Source: Octopus sinensis (taxonomy: Eukaryota). Taken from it: a stretch of DNA of 64,000 nucleotides. A program made the translations under genes and the position numbers. Below are positions 1 through 12,132 of this stretch, in pieces. Numbering within the stretch: position 1 is the stretch's first letter; every line of letters begins with the position of its first letter. The notes beneath the pieces were generated by a model that was not told the origin of the DNA, made no database searches, and saw only the letters and a list, made by a program, of their open reading frames with translations. Where the stretch lies: the NCBI RefSeq assembly GCF_006345805.1, contig NC_043003.1, positions 8,556,001 through 8,620,000 of the forward strand. The letters run 5' to 3'.

Positions 1-627
1 TACGATCATGATGCTGACACCAAGCCATACGCCTCCACAGTCACTTTTCTTACGTTCTGGTATTTATTCTAGCTGTCTCTTTTTCGAAACCATTAAATTA
101 CGGATACATGCAGACAGACCACCATCTGCTGCCAGGTGATGGGCGGCAGACAAACATCGCATACACACGGGAGTGGGAGAAATAGTTTTGATTTTGATAT
201 TTTTAAAGTTTGAACACGAAGTAGAAAAGTGTCATTGGGCGTCTTCTGCTGTAGCCTCGGGCCGACCAAAGCCTTGTGAGTGGATTTGATAAACGGAAAC
301 TAAAAGAAGCCCATTGTATATGTGTGTTTCTGTGTGTGCATGTATGTGCGCGTGTGTGCATGCGTGTGTGTGTGTGTGAGTATGTACATTTTTGCGTCTG
401 TGTCTGCCCCACACACACCCCCATCACTTGGCAACTGGTTTTTGTGTATGTTTAGGCCCCCGTAACCTAGCGGTTTGGCAAATGAGGCAGATAGAATAAA
501 TACCGGAATCATTTGATTAAAATGCTTTAATGCGGTGCTGTAGCATGGCTGCAATCTAATGACTGAAACAAATAAAAAATAACATATAAATAAATTAAAC
601 GAATGATATAAAATCTAAGATATTTAC

Positions 628-1128
628 CCAGGATATAAAGTACTGAGTTTATCTGGATCCAGTTGGGAACATACACAAAATACTGCCCAGTTAAAGTTGA
701 AACCGGTTGGAGTGATTCAATCATCAAAACATATTCATTGTTTTGTTGTTTTGAATATTGTCCGAAGATCACAAATACTGGCTGGTTAGCGACCAGACGA
801 AAACCCGAGAGGCTGCATTGACATGAAATAGCAACCGTCTCAGAATCATTGAGAACTAAGACGTGAGAAGAAGGTGATGTTTTGACAAATGGTTTTAATA
901 TTGATTTAGATGATTCATGTGATGGCGGTGTGGTTAATGTTAAAGTGGTGTTGTTGTTATAACTCATGATGACCGTGAAATTGAAATAATTCGTTCCAGG
1001 CTGCTGGGAATTTGGTAAAATCGGGATAACGTATATATATCCCAAGCTTGATAAAGAATAGACGAGATAGACGTCGTGAAGATACTCCACATAGACACTT
1101 ATCACTTGGGATGAAGATAATTTGTAGC
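628..1128 (-). CDS. Coding exon 4 (501 nt), IgGFc-binding protein N-terminal-like domain; gene continues beyond position 1
   Basis: Acceptor tttatttttcag|GC and donor CTGG|gtaaat; overlaps ORF 527..1105. Motifs GYKLSSSQVISVY, SLSGFRLVANQPVFVIFG and MIESLQPVSTLTGQYFV resemble the IgGFc_binding pattern (G.I.S.KPISV / DL.G..I.S.KPV.V.SG / L.EQL.P...WG..Y). Confidence 0.85.
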
Positions 1129-1238
1129 CTGAAAAATAAAAACGTGGCTCATTAAGTTAGAATACATCGTTGCTTTAAAAAATTATTTGGTTACATTTGG
1201 TTATTTTAGGGGACTGGAAATCGATTACATCCACCTCA

Positions 1239-1394
1239 ATTATTTACATTATTTACATTCGACGGATATTTGTCCTCATATTGTTTGTTGTTAACACAAC
1301 GTTTTGGCTTATATACGCTCCAACCTTCTTCAGGTGTCTTGAGGAAATTTCGAAACTGGGTTCTCATTCCTAAGGTATTTTTCGATGTTGTTGC

Positions 1395-1471
<77 letters not shown>

Positions 1472-1542
1472 TCGTTACCTGGAATCGAACTCGGAATCTT
1501 GCGGTTTGTAGCTCGCGCTCATAACCACTATGCCATATACCC
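1239..1542 (-). mobile_element. tRNA-headed SINE-like element with a hammerhead-bearing 3' tail
   Basis: Minus strand reads: tRNA-like head with A box TGGCATAGTGG and B box GTTCGATTCC, then (AAT)n(AAC)n, then ccttaggaatgagaaccc..gacacCTGAAGA-ggttg..aagcc-AAAACGTT-gtgtt (degenerate core) and an (AATGTAAAT)n tail. Confidence 0.75.
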
Positions 1543-1543
1543 T

Positions 1544-1691
1544 TTCTCAAGATACTTGAAGAAGGCTGTAGGGTTTATGAGCCGAAATGTTGTGTTAACA
1601 ACAAACAAGATGAGGACAAATATCCATCAAATGTAAATAATGTAAATAATGTAAATAATGTACATAATTCCTCATCTCTTAAATATAGAAC
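1544..1691 (+). mobile_element. Inverted copy of the hammerhead tail abutting the SINE 5' end
   Basis: ttctcaagatacTTGAAGAaggctg..gagccGAAATGTTgtgtt..aatgtaaataatgtacataattcctcatctcttaaatatagaac, same family in opposite orientation. Confidence 0.8.
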
Positions 1692-2329
1692 TGTATCGAC
1701 CTCAATGTTCTACTGGTATTTATTTCATCGACTGCAAATGAATGAAAGGTAAAGTCGACCTCGAGAGAATTTGAGCTACTAAGCATTTTTTCCGGCATGC
1801 TAACGTTTCTCCTAGTTCGCCACCTTAATATCCTTCCTATTATAGGCAAAAGACATGAACTTTTGTGGTTGGGTGGAGAGCTAGTCGAATATGTCGACAC
1901 CATTGCTTTACTAGCACTTGTTTTATCGACCCCGAGTGTATGAAAGATGAAGTCAACCTCAGAAGATCTTCAACTCAGTACGTGTAGAACCGGAAGAAAT
2001 GCTGCTTAGCATTTTGTCCGGCGAAGTTAAGATACAACCAGCTCGACACCGTAATTAAATTAAGAAAGTATACGTGTTTCAGATTCTGAATGGGCGCCAA
2101 GTAATGGAATTAGAAGGCCTTTCGTTGTCAGAGTTTCAAATATATTCGAGAGGAAAGCTAAAAATACATACTTTTGAAGAAGGATTTATATTTATGCCAT
2201 TTTGAGCCACAGACGGAGACAATAAATTCAAACGAAGAAACTAAAGGAAAAAAGAGGCTGTTAAAATTAGATTCGGTTTTAAACGCAAATTGATGCTTTG
2301 AATACTAAGTTCTAAATACACATACGTAC

Positions 2330-2632
2330 ATATATAAAGACATATATATATATGTGTGTATATATATATATGTGTGTGTGTGTGTGTGCGTGCGTGTGTG
2401 TGTATGTGTATGTGTGTGTGAGCGTATATATATATATACACACACACACGCACACAAACATATTTATATACACGCATACATATATATATATATGCATGAT
2501 TGCGCTCGTACGTACGTATGTATGTATATGTATATATACACACACACGCACACACACACATATATTTATATACACGCATACATACATATATATATGCATG
2601 ATTGCGATCGTACGTACGTATGTATGTATATG

Positions 2633-2668
<36 letters not shown>

Positions 2669-3101
2669 TATATATATATAATATATATATATATATATGC
2701 ATGATTGCGCTCGTACGTACGTATGTATGTATATGTATAATATATACACACACACATGGATGTGTTCATATGCGTGTGTGCGTATATGTGTATATTGTAT
2801 ACCTATATTTATGTATATATATATATACATATACATACATACATTTATGCATATATGTATATGTATATCTATATATGTATATATATACATGTATATATAT
2901 GTATATATGTGTGCGTGTGTGTGTATGAATGTGTGAATTTATACGCAACACACACCTTAATTTACTTACATACGCATCACATAATGGTGTGTGCGCGCGC
3001 GCGTGCACGCATGAGCATATGTGAGAGTAACCTCATTCAATCTTATCACAGTTATTTATTTTATAAACATAACCACACACACACACACCACACACACACA
3101 T

Positions 3102-3152
<51 letters not shown>

Positions 3153-3190
3153 GCATGCATACACACACACACAACACGTTATACACACAC
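2330..3190. repeat. Compound (TA/CA/TG) microsatellite containing a ~100-bp minisatellite x3
   Basis: gcatgattgcg(c/a)tcgtacgtacgtatg recurs at ~2494, 2596 and 2699. Confidence 0.85.
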
Positions 3191-3449
3191 GTTAGCATAT
3201 GAAGAATCGAGCAAACGGTTTTAATTAGTCGCCATAAAAGCAACAATGTGAACGATTGAAATCAATATATATCTAACAATGGTCATTGTTAATCATTGGA
3301 TTTGTAACCCGTCAGTTTAAAGCTTGAACTTTCAATCTACTTTTGATTGCTATCATATTTTTATGAGATTATTGATCCTTCGTTGTTATCGACGATGAGC
3401 ATTTGGTTGTTCGATTAACTGGACAGCCTCATCGTTAAATTTAATATTT

Positions 3450-3862
3450 CTTTTACTCTTTTACTCTTTCACTTGTTTCAGTCATTTGACTGCGGCCATG
3501 CTGGAGCACCGCCTTTAATCGAGCAACTCGATCCCACGACTTATTCTTTGGTAAGCCCAGTACTTATTCTATCGGTCTCTTTTGCCGAACCGCTAAGTAA
3601 CGGGGACATAAACACACCAGCATCGGTTGTCAAGCAATGCTAGGGGACAAACACAGACACACAAACACACACACGCATATATATATATATACATATATAC
3701 GACGGGCTTCTTTCAGTTTCTGTCTACCAAATCCACTCACAAGGCTTTGGTCGGCCCGAGGCTCTAGTAGAAGACACTTGCCCAAGGTGCCACGCAGTGG
3801 GACTGAACCCGGAACCATGTGGTTGGTAGACAAGCTACTTACCACACAGCCACTCCTGCGCC
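3450..3862 (-). mobile_element. SINE family A (tRNA head, CORE-like body, internal microsatellite, (AGTAAAAG)n tail), full length
   Basis: Head ggcgcaggagtggctgtgtggtaag..gggttcagtccc, body accttgggcaagtg, tail ggcggtgctccagcatggccgcagtcaaatgactgaaacaagt. Confidence 0.9.
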
Positions 3863-5033
3863 TATGATTTACACAGTAATCATAAGAAAAGCAGTGTTGT
3901 AAATAAACAAACAGATGAGTTTAATATACATGGGGTGTATTTGACACTTAAAAAGGCCGCACTCACTGCTGCTTGCCCTGGGGAAAAAATTCTCGATTTA
4001 GATAATAGATGTTAGATTCTTTGCCTTGAACAACTGGTAGCAAGTGCTACCAGTTGTAGGCTCTAACGCTAGCAAGTTTCAGGGGTCATCCAGAGAAAAT
4101 GCGCTCCGTTTTGGGGCCTACCTCTCGACAGCCTCATTGTGCACAAACCCCTTCATTGAAATGAAGCCCCGCTTCCGATATCAACTGGTTATCAGATTTC
4201 GCTCAATATTCTTCTAGTCATTGCTCGTCGTCTCTTGTTAACCAAATCCAGTGGTTTGCCTTTTCCACTGTAGCTTGGATGTTCCTCATGGAGAGAGGGT
4301 AAGTTGATTACATCGCCCCTTATTTTATCAACCCCGAAAGGATAAACAGCAAAGTCGACCAATAGTCTTATGAACCGCACCCCCTTTCTAGCTTCTTTGC
4401 AATAGAAGCAACACTTAAATGACTCTGGAAATCTTCGTTTCCTTATTGTAAACCAGCATCAAAACGCGCAACTCTGCTTTATGCTGAACAAAATATTGTA
4501 GTAAGCATGTAAAAGCAGTTTTGTGAGTAAACCAACATTTATAGCGGTTCAATTTATTTGGGATATATCTGACCTGTAATAAAGGCCGTATCCACTGCAG
4601 TTTGCCTTTGAGAAAAATTTTTGCTCTAGATAATAGGTGAGGACATAGTTGTGTGGTTAAAAGGATAGATTTATAACCACGTGATTTCGGGTTCAGTTCC
4701 ACTGTGTGGCATCTGGGCAAGTGGTAGTCTACTATAGCCTCGAGTTGACCAATGTTTTGAGAGTAAATTTTGTAGCCGGAAACAGTAAGGAATCCCGTCG
4801 TGTGTTTGCATCTGTATTTGTCATAACCTTCCCTACTTGACAACAGGTCTCAGTTTATCCCCATGACTTAACGGTTTGTCACCAGAAAAACCGATAGAAT
4901 ACGTAGCAAACTTGAAAAACGTGTTCTGCGGTCAATTCGTTTGACTAAAACGCAAAATACTTCAACGCGATGCCCCAGCATGGTCGCAGTCCAATGACTG
5001 AAACAAGCAACAGAAAGAAGATAAATATGAATA

Positions 5034-5878
5034 TTCTTTTCTACTCTAGTCACAAGGCCCGAAATTTTATGGGGAAGGGTCCCAGTCGATTAGATCGACT
5101 CCAGGTCGCAACTGGTACTTAATTTATCAACCCCGAAAGGATTAAAGGCAAAGTCTACCTTGGCGGAATTTGAACTCAGAACGTAAAGACAGACAGCTAA
5201 GCATTTCCTCCGTCGTGCTATTGTTTCTGCCAGCTCGCCGCCTTTATAAATAAGAATATTCTTTTCTACTCAAGGCAAAAGGCCCGAAATTTTTTTTGGG
5301 GGGGGGGGGCAGGCAATTAGATCGACCCCAATATGCAACTGGTAATTAATTTATCAACCCCGAAAGGATGAAAGGCAACGTCGACCTCGACGGTATTTGA
5401 ACTCAGAACGTAAAGACAAACAAAATACTGCTAAGCATCTCGCACGGCGTGCTAACGATTCTTATTTCTTTATTGTCCACAAGAGACTAAACATAGAGGG
5501 GACAAAAGAGGACAGACAAAGGGATTAAGTCGGTTATATCGACCCCAGTGCGTAACTGGTATTTATTTAATCAACCCCGAAAGGATGAAAGGCAAAGTCG
5601 ACCTCTGCGGAATTTGAACTCAGAACGTAAAGACAAACGAAATACCTATTTCTTTACTACCCACAAGGGGCTACACAGAGAGGGGACAAAAAAGGACAGA
5701 CAAAGGGATTAAGTCGGTTATATCGACCCCAGTGCGTAACTGGTACTTATTTAATCGACCCCGAAAGGATGAAAGGCAAAGTCGACCTCGGGGGAATTTG
5801 AACTCAGAACGTAACGGCAGACGAAATACCGCTAAGCATTTCGCCCGGCGTGCTAACGTTTCTGCCAGCTCGCCGCCA
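5034..5878 (-). mobile_element. Four tandem family B SINEs (MetaSINE-like central domain)
   Basis: Head ggcggcgagctggcagaaacgttagc; repeated gcctttcatcctttcggggtcgat..aagtaccag resembles the Meta domain. Confidence 0.85.
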
Positions 5879-6306
5879 TAATAAATAAGCATATTGATAC
5901 AGGAGTGAAAAAGAAAATTCATTTCTATTCACTGATACCCGGAAATGCATTCTTCTTTTATCATATTGCTGCCTCGTCTACCCGTATGTCTTAGTGAGCA
6001 AATTACAAGTCCATCTTAATTACAATATAGAAACAGAAAAGAAAAATAAAGTGTTTAGCGACGATATTAACTTTACAACAAAGCCAAGGATGCTGCATTT
6101 TTCAGGTTTCAAAAGTCGGAAATCAATGCAATTAACAAAATCAATATGTACATACGAACACTGACCCAGTGCATGTGTGTGTATGAATATGTATATGTGT
6201 GTGTGTGTATACATGTACATATACATAATACACACACACGTGCCGATATGTATGCATGTATGTATACAAGTATGTATGTATATATCGATTTATCTTTCTC
6301 TCCTAC

Positions 6307-6401
<95 letters not shown>

Positions 6402-6839
6402 GTGTGTGTATGTGTGTTTGTGTGTATACAAGCACACATACATAATATACACACACGTGTACATATGTATGCGTGTATGTACGCCAGTATGTATATATGT
6501 ATCTATCTATTTATCTTCCTCTCCTCTCTATATATATACATATTTATGTGTGTGTGTGTCTATACCTCGCATGTGTGTGTGTATCTCGTATACGAATATA
6601 TGAGTCTCTATATGTGTATGTATGCTTATGTGTACGTTTATCTCCCTATCACTTGACAACCCGTCTGTCTTTGCTGAAGTCCCCAAAACGAAGCGGTTCA
6701 ACTAAAGAATTCGATAAAATACGTATCACATATTAAAATATTAGAGGTGACTTGTTCGACTAAACCCTTCAATGCAGTGCTGCAGCATGGCCGCAATCCA
6801 GTAACTCAAACAAGTTAAACAATAAAAAATGACACACAC

Positions 6840-6870
<31 letters not shown>

Positions 6871-7290
6871 GGCGCAGGAGTGGCTGTGTGGTAAGTAGCT
6901 TGCTTACCCACTGCGTGCGACCTTGTGCTAGTGTCTTCTACTATAGCCTCGGGCCGACCAAAGCCTTGTGAGTGGATTTGGTAGACGGAAACTGAAAGCC
7001 CGTCCTATATATATACGTGTGTGTGTGTGTGTGTGTGTGTGCGTGTGTGTGTGTGTGCGTGTGTGTGTGTGCGTGTGTGTGTGTGTGCGTGTGTGTGTGT
7101 GTATTTGTGTCTGTTTTTGTCCCCCACCATTGCTTGACAACCGATGCTGGTGTGTTTATGTCCCCGTCACTTAGCGGTTCGGCAAAACGAGACCGATAGA
7201 ATAAGTACTGGGCTTACAAAAGAATAAGTCCCGGGGTCGAGTTACTCGACTAAAGGCGGTGCTCCAGCATGGCCGCAGTCAAATGACTGA
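6871..7290 (+). mobile_element. SINE family A (small internal deletion in the head)
   Basis: Near-identical to the 3450-3862 copy, opposite strand. Confidence 0.9.
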
Positions 7291-7570
7291 AACAAGTAAA
7301 AAAAAAAAAAAATATATATATATTATATTCTTTCCGATATTTAATGTTATTTTCCAATCGGTTTTGTTAGCTATTCTACCATTCTTATTCTTATTTTTTA
7401 ATCGCTGCTTTTAGTTATTGAAACAGTTAGCGCTTGTCGCACAATGTAAGAGCGCATCTCTCGATTCAAAACTGATGAAATCAATCGTAAATATTGCGTA
7501 AATTTTTTCACGAATCATTTATATGCAGTGGGGTTAAAAACAGTTTGGTACTGAAACAACTGTAGCATGT

Positions 7571-7933
7571 AACAAGAGCACAAACCTCCGCCAAGGCAAC
7601 ACCAATGACCTCTCAACGATTAGCTAGAGATGATTTTTTAAATGAGATTTTCTGAAATAAACTCGACTGCTTTCACAAACGAGAATGCTTAAAAGGAACC
7701 CGACCGCTCTCAAAAATTAAGTAAAAAGAAAAACTAGAAAAATTATCCATAATCCTTGTCTGGTACCAGATCGATCCCAAAATCTAATTAATTTGTGCCA
7801 GTCACAAGGCCAAACATCTCCGAAAGTTTCATCCGAATCCATCTAGCGCTTCTTGAGATATCTCGAGACAACAAACAAACAAACAAACACGATAGTAAAC
7901 AACACTTCCGCCTTCGCTAAGGCGGAGATAATA
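7571..7933. mobile_element. Helentron-associated (DINE/HINE-like) element
   Basis: Subterminal ctccgcc motif inverted at the far end, (AAAC)n tract, and terminal hairpin ccgcctt-cgct-aaggcgg. Confidence 0.55.
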
Positions 7934-8279
7934 AAGATGCACTACAAAAGTGACGAGTAACTTACATTAACAATTTCATGGGTAAACTGTTGCTGGACTC
8001 ACGCCTATGGGATCATGCACGTAGTACTTAGGAATATGGTTGTTACATAAGTTAGAGCCGTCTTGAAACAGATGTCGAGATGAGACTTTACATAATTCTC
8101 TTCAGCTTTGTTTATTTTCTTCGTATTTTGTAATCTGTATTTTGTGTTCTTAAAGCTAATTTCGATACCGGGATGTTGGCACGCGAGAGAATAATTTCCC
8201 ACTCATTTGAGCACTAGCCTGTGATATTATATTAAACTTATATCATGTTCACCTACTCTCTACCTCTCACCCCCTCTGC

Positions 8280-8316
<37 letters not shown>

Positions 8317-8320
8317 ATAT

Positions 8321-8480
8321 ATAAGACGGATGGCCACAACGTGGACAACCTTTATGCTAGAAGTAGATCCACTATGGTCTTCCCATTAAGAAATGTTCTC
8401 AAGAAAATTTCTTACTGGTAAGATCATAGCAGGTCTACTTATAGCATAAGGGTTGTCCACGTTGTGGTAATCCTTTTTAT
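8321..8480. repeat. ~160-bp imperfect palindrome next to (TA)n
   Basis: ccacaacgtggacaacctttatgcta / tagcataagggttgtccacgttgtgg. Confidence 0.8.
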
Positions 8481-8575
8481 ATGTATGTAATATAATTTTC
8501 TGAACCTTCAGATTTTAATATGCTACACCAGTATTAAATTGATATTAATCAAATTAATATTCAATTTCTCACCCT

Positions 8576-8617
<42 letters not shown>

Positions 8618-9508
8618 TGCTTTCCTATATAAAGTTGTATATAAGAACAACACTAAACTGAAGGGTTGCTCAATATTTTTTGCGGGGGTGCATGCTTATT
8701 AAACTTTTACAAGAAGAAGGGTCACATTGACTTGGGAGTTTCGGCTTGATACCCTTTATGTGTGTGTGTGTGTGTATGTGTGTGTGCGTGCGAGTATGCG
8801 TGCATGCGTGTATGTGTTTGTATGTATGCGTGTGCACTTATATATATGTATTATTCTATATTCATATACATGTTTTTATGTATGTATATGAGTGAGAGAA
8901 ATGTGTGAGTATATGTGTGGGAGAGAAAGGGAGAGAAAGAAAAAGAGAGAGAAAGCGAATGAGAGAGAGCGGGGGAGCTCGTTATATTAGAGTAATTCCC
9001 AGATATTGTTAATATGCACAGTGCTATACGTTCGATCTGACAATATATTTGAGCACTTTTTCAACGACCGTATAGTTATCAATCATCAATATTTTCTGGT
9101 TGTTCTGATTCCGAATCACTTCCAATGTTTGTACAAGATGCAATCGGTTGCTTTAAATATATATTCTAGCTTCAATAATCTTTCAAAATGTCTGAATTTT
9201 ATTTATAACACTAACTCGGTGAATCGAAAGTTAATTAAATGCTACCAGGATTTGCCGACTTAACCGTAAATCACAACACCAACTCAAGCAACAAATTATC
9301 CGGTCCGTTTCCATTACCACTAATGCGGTGCTTAACCAACAATATATATGACAGTAAATGTATTATATCATGTACGAACTTACGAATTTGATAAGGTAGA
9401 AACCGTGATGTAGAATAGATATTTGTATAAACAGTTTCCTCTGCTACGCTCCTGTTTCGCTTTTGTTTTTATTTGAATATCTTTATCCTAGTTATATTAT
9501 GCATACGA

Positions 9509-9574
<66 letters not shown>

Positions 9575-9788
9575 ATATATATATATGTGTGTGTGTTATT
9601 TACTTGCTAAAATAAAATCAGAGACCAATTGATCCAGGAAACTAGATGGTAAAAGTTTTTTTTTTTTTCATTTCGTTCCTGTCGAATTTTATCCCTAATT
9701 TTGTGGTTATAGAACCTAGCTGTTCTTTCTAGCGTGTTGAATCCCACGAGTGGAATCCTCATGTGTTTAAATGTACACTGTATTGTAT

Positions 9789-9826
<38 letters not shown>

Positions 9827-10251
9827 CATATACGTACGCATATACAAGCGCATATATGCATACATACACAACAAACATTTTGTTCTTAGACAAGAAATGA
9901 AATGAAATATCGCTCAGAGAAATTAGTTGGGTCATGTGATCATTTTTGTTAGTTGTGTTATATGGTCATATCTTGTTAATAGGGTTATATGGTCAAGACT
10001 TTTTTTTTGGGGGGGGGCTATTGTCAGAGTCGGTAGAGCATCAGATGAAATATCTTGTGACATTTATTTCCGCGTTTTTCTGCTCGGTGTGAATCTTGAC
10101 AAGTTTAACATCATTTTACTCCTTCAGAATTCGATCTCAGTCTAGGGTGGTTGGCTAGTGGAATCGATAAAGCATTTACGAGATATCTTGTGCCATTTGT
10201 TCCGGCTTTTGTGTTCTCAGTTCAAATTCCGTCGTCAACTAATTTACTGAT

Positions 10252-10498
10252 TAAAGATTGTTTGCCAATATAACAGGGCAGTCCTGGTTAAGGACGAATG
10301 TTGCTGTAATTTAGCCGCAGGAGACATCGTCTCCAACTGGCTATACGACACGATCTCTGTCCTTATATTTTCGAACACGAGAATCTAGCACTCTTGTTCG
10401 AAAATATAAGGATACAAATCGTGTCGTATAGCCAGTTGGAGACGATGTCTCCTGGAGCTAAACCAGGACTGCCATGTTATGTTGGCACACAGTCTTTA
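10252..10498. mobile_element. Foldback (almost fully palindromic) MITE
   Basis: Arms such as caggagacatcgtctccaactggctatacgacacgat and their reverse complement, with a short spacer near 10385. Confidence 0.8.
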
Positions 10499-10519
10499 CT
10501 CTAGATACTGTTGCTGGAT

Positions 10520-10760
10520 ATCTCTCGTTGAGAGTTTTTAAAATAGTAATTTTCTAATTTACTGATAGACTCAATCCTGGTTCTTGTGTATATTTAGCAG
10601 ATCTTTCTGGCATACATTTGAGTTTGGTCTGAACCTCAAGATCGAGGATAACTTCATCTTCACTCCCAACAGTCTCGGTGGCCTGGAGTAAATCACGGGT
10701 ACTTGCTTTTCGTATTAACTTAGTGATTAGAAAATATATCATCGTCTTTAGCAAGACAAC
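10520..10760 (-). mobile_element. Very decayed LINE RT fragment
   Basis: EDEVIL..KLKCM..AKYTQEPGLSLSVN*KIT weakly resembles ADD..L..GL.IN.KKT. Confidence 0.35.
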
Positions 10761-11029
10761 AAAATATGACTGTCACTATATCCATCTGAAAATCACTTAC
10801 GGAGGAACACTTTATGTTCTTTAGAACCGGATGAGCGCTGGTTAAATAAGTAAACATTCTTATCAAAGGCATAACCATCTCGTCTTTTCTGATAGTTTAT
10901 GTCATTCTACACCATCCAGGATGTCTTCGTTTTTAAAGAAGATAGAAACTTATTTCGAGGTGTAATGGCTTCTGCTGACCAAGAGACTACTCAAAGGCTA
11001 CGTCTATAAGTTTCAAAGTCTGACCAATA

Positions 11030-11653
11030 CGAGGGAGTGTTCCTGGCTTTAAGGTTCCTGGCTTTAAGGGTATCACGAAAGGCCTGGTTGGAGGCCTAAC
11101 TTTCTGAGTTCTTCTACTGGGCTTAGAAAAACTGAAGTGCCTCTACAATAAGTGTGTGAATCTGAGGGGGGAATATCTTTATATATAAAAGTCAAGTTGT
11201 GTGTCTATCTCCTACGATTTAGATTCCTAACTACTCCCACATTTTCCGGTGCAGTTTAACCAAAACCGGGTATCTTATAGTCGTGATTCATATCGAGCCC
11301 TTCTGGGTATTAGCGCGCGTCTACGATGAGTCTACGATTTAAAAAAAAACTTACCATCATTTTTTTCCATTTTAATGCATTTTTTTCGCTATTATATAAG
11401 GGAAGTAACTCTCTAAAAATGTCTACGATGAGTCAACGATTTAAAAAAAAATTTACCATCATTTTTTTTCCATTTTAATGCATTTTTTTGCTATTTTTGG
11501 CTATAACTCTCTAAAAATGCTTATATAGTTATTTCCCTTACAAACCCGAGCAACGCCGGGCGATACAGCTAGTGTAATAATAAAATCATAATTAACTGAT
11601 TCTCTTGTATTTTCTTTTACCCAAAGTCAGGAACTTTTCAGCACCCCTTCGTG
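11030..11653 (+). mobile_element. Mariner-derived MITE split by the Helitron
   Basis: TA-flanked TIR-like ends and a residual transposase C-terminus (NKCVNLRGEYV*). An uninterrupted relative lies at ~46343-46515. Confidence 0.75.
11176..11572 (+). mobile_element. Non-autonomous Helitron
   Basis: 5' TC, 3' CTAG, subterminal hairpin cccgagcaacgccggg, inserted at A|T with no TSD. Confidence 0.9.
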
Positions 11654-12132
11654 TATTGTGAGACGAAAAGCGCACATGAACCCGTATTTTCTCTCCTCAC
11701 CCCCCTCTCTCTCTGTATATATGACATATATACCAGTGTGTATGTGTGTATGTATGGTTATATGTGCATGTCTTTATATATAAATAAACCGGTGTTGTTG
11801 TTTACGTAACCTTAAACTACATAATTTCGTGTTTCGACAAACGGAATGCTTAAATAAAGGCCTGACTGAAATTACTGGGGTAGATGGGATTGGTTAATAT
11901 CCATAAAGGTTGTGATCTAAAATGGTCGTAGTTCAATGATTAACACCCATTAAACAATAAAAGATTTATTCGATCGACTAATCAGATTCCATTTACAATA
12001 ATAATAAAAAAACTCAGTGAACCAATATTCCTGAAAAAAAAATAATAGTACTAAATACCTGAGAAGCCTTGCTCAAATATGGCTTCTCGGGTATTTAGTA
12101 CTACATTAGAGTATGGCATAGCAACTACTCAC

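Noticed and set aside
2241-3246. Many overlapping Y/I/C/V/H/T-rich ORFs (also near 6 kb, 42 kb, 46 kb, 52 kb and 60 kb)
   Set aside because: Translations of (TA)n, (CA)n and (TACA)n microsatellites.
7990-8220. Possible extra exon between exons 3 and 4 (cag acceptor near 8219, gtgagt donor near 8002)
   Set aside because: Stops in all three frames, and exons 3 and 4 already join in frame with a sensible motif.
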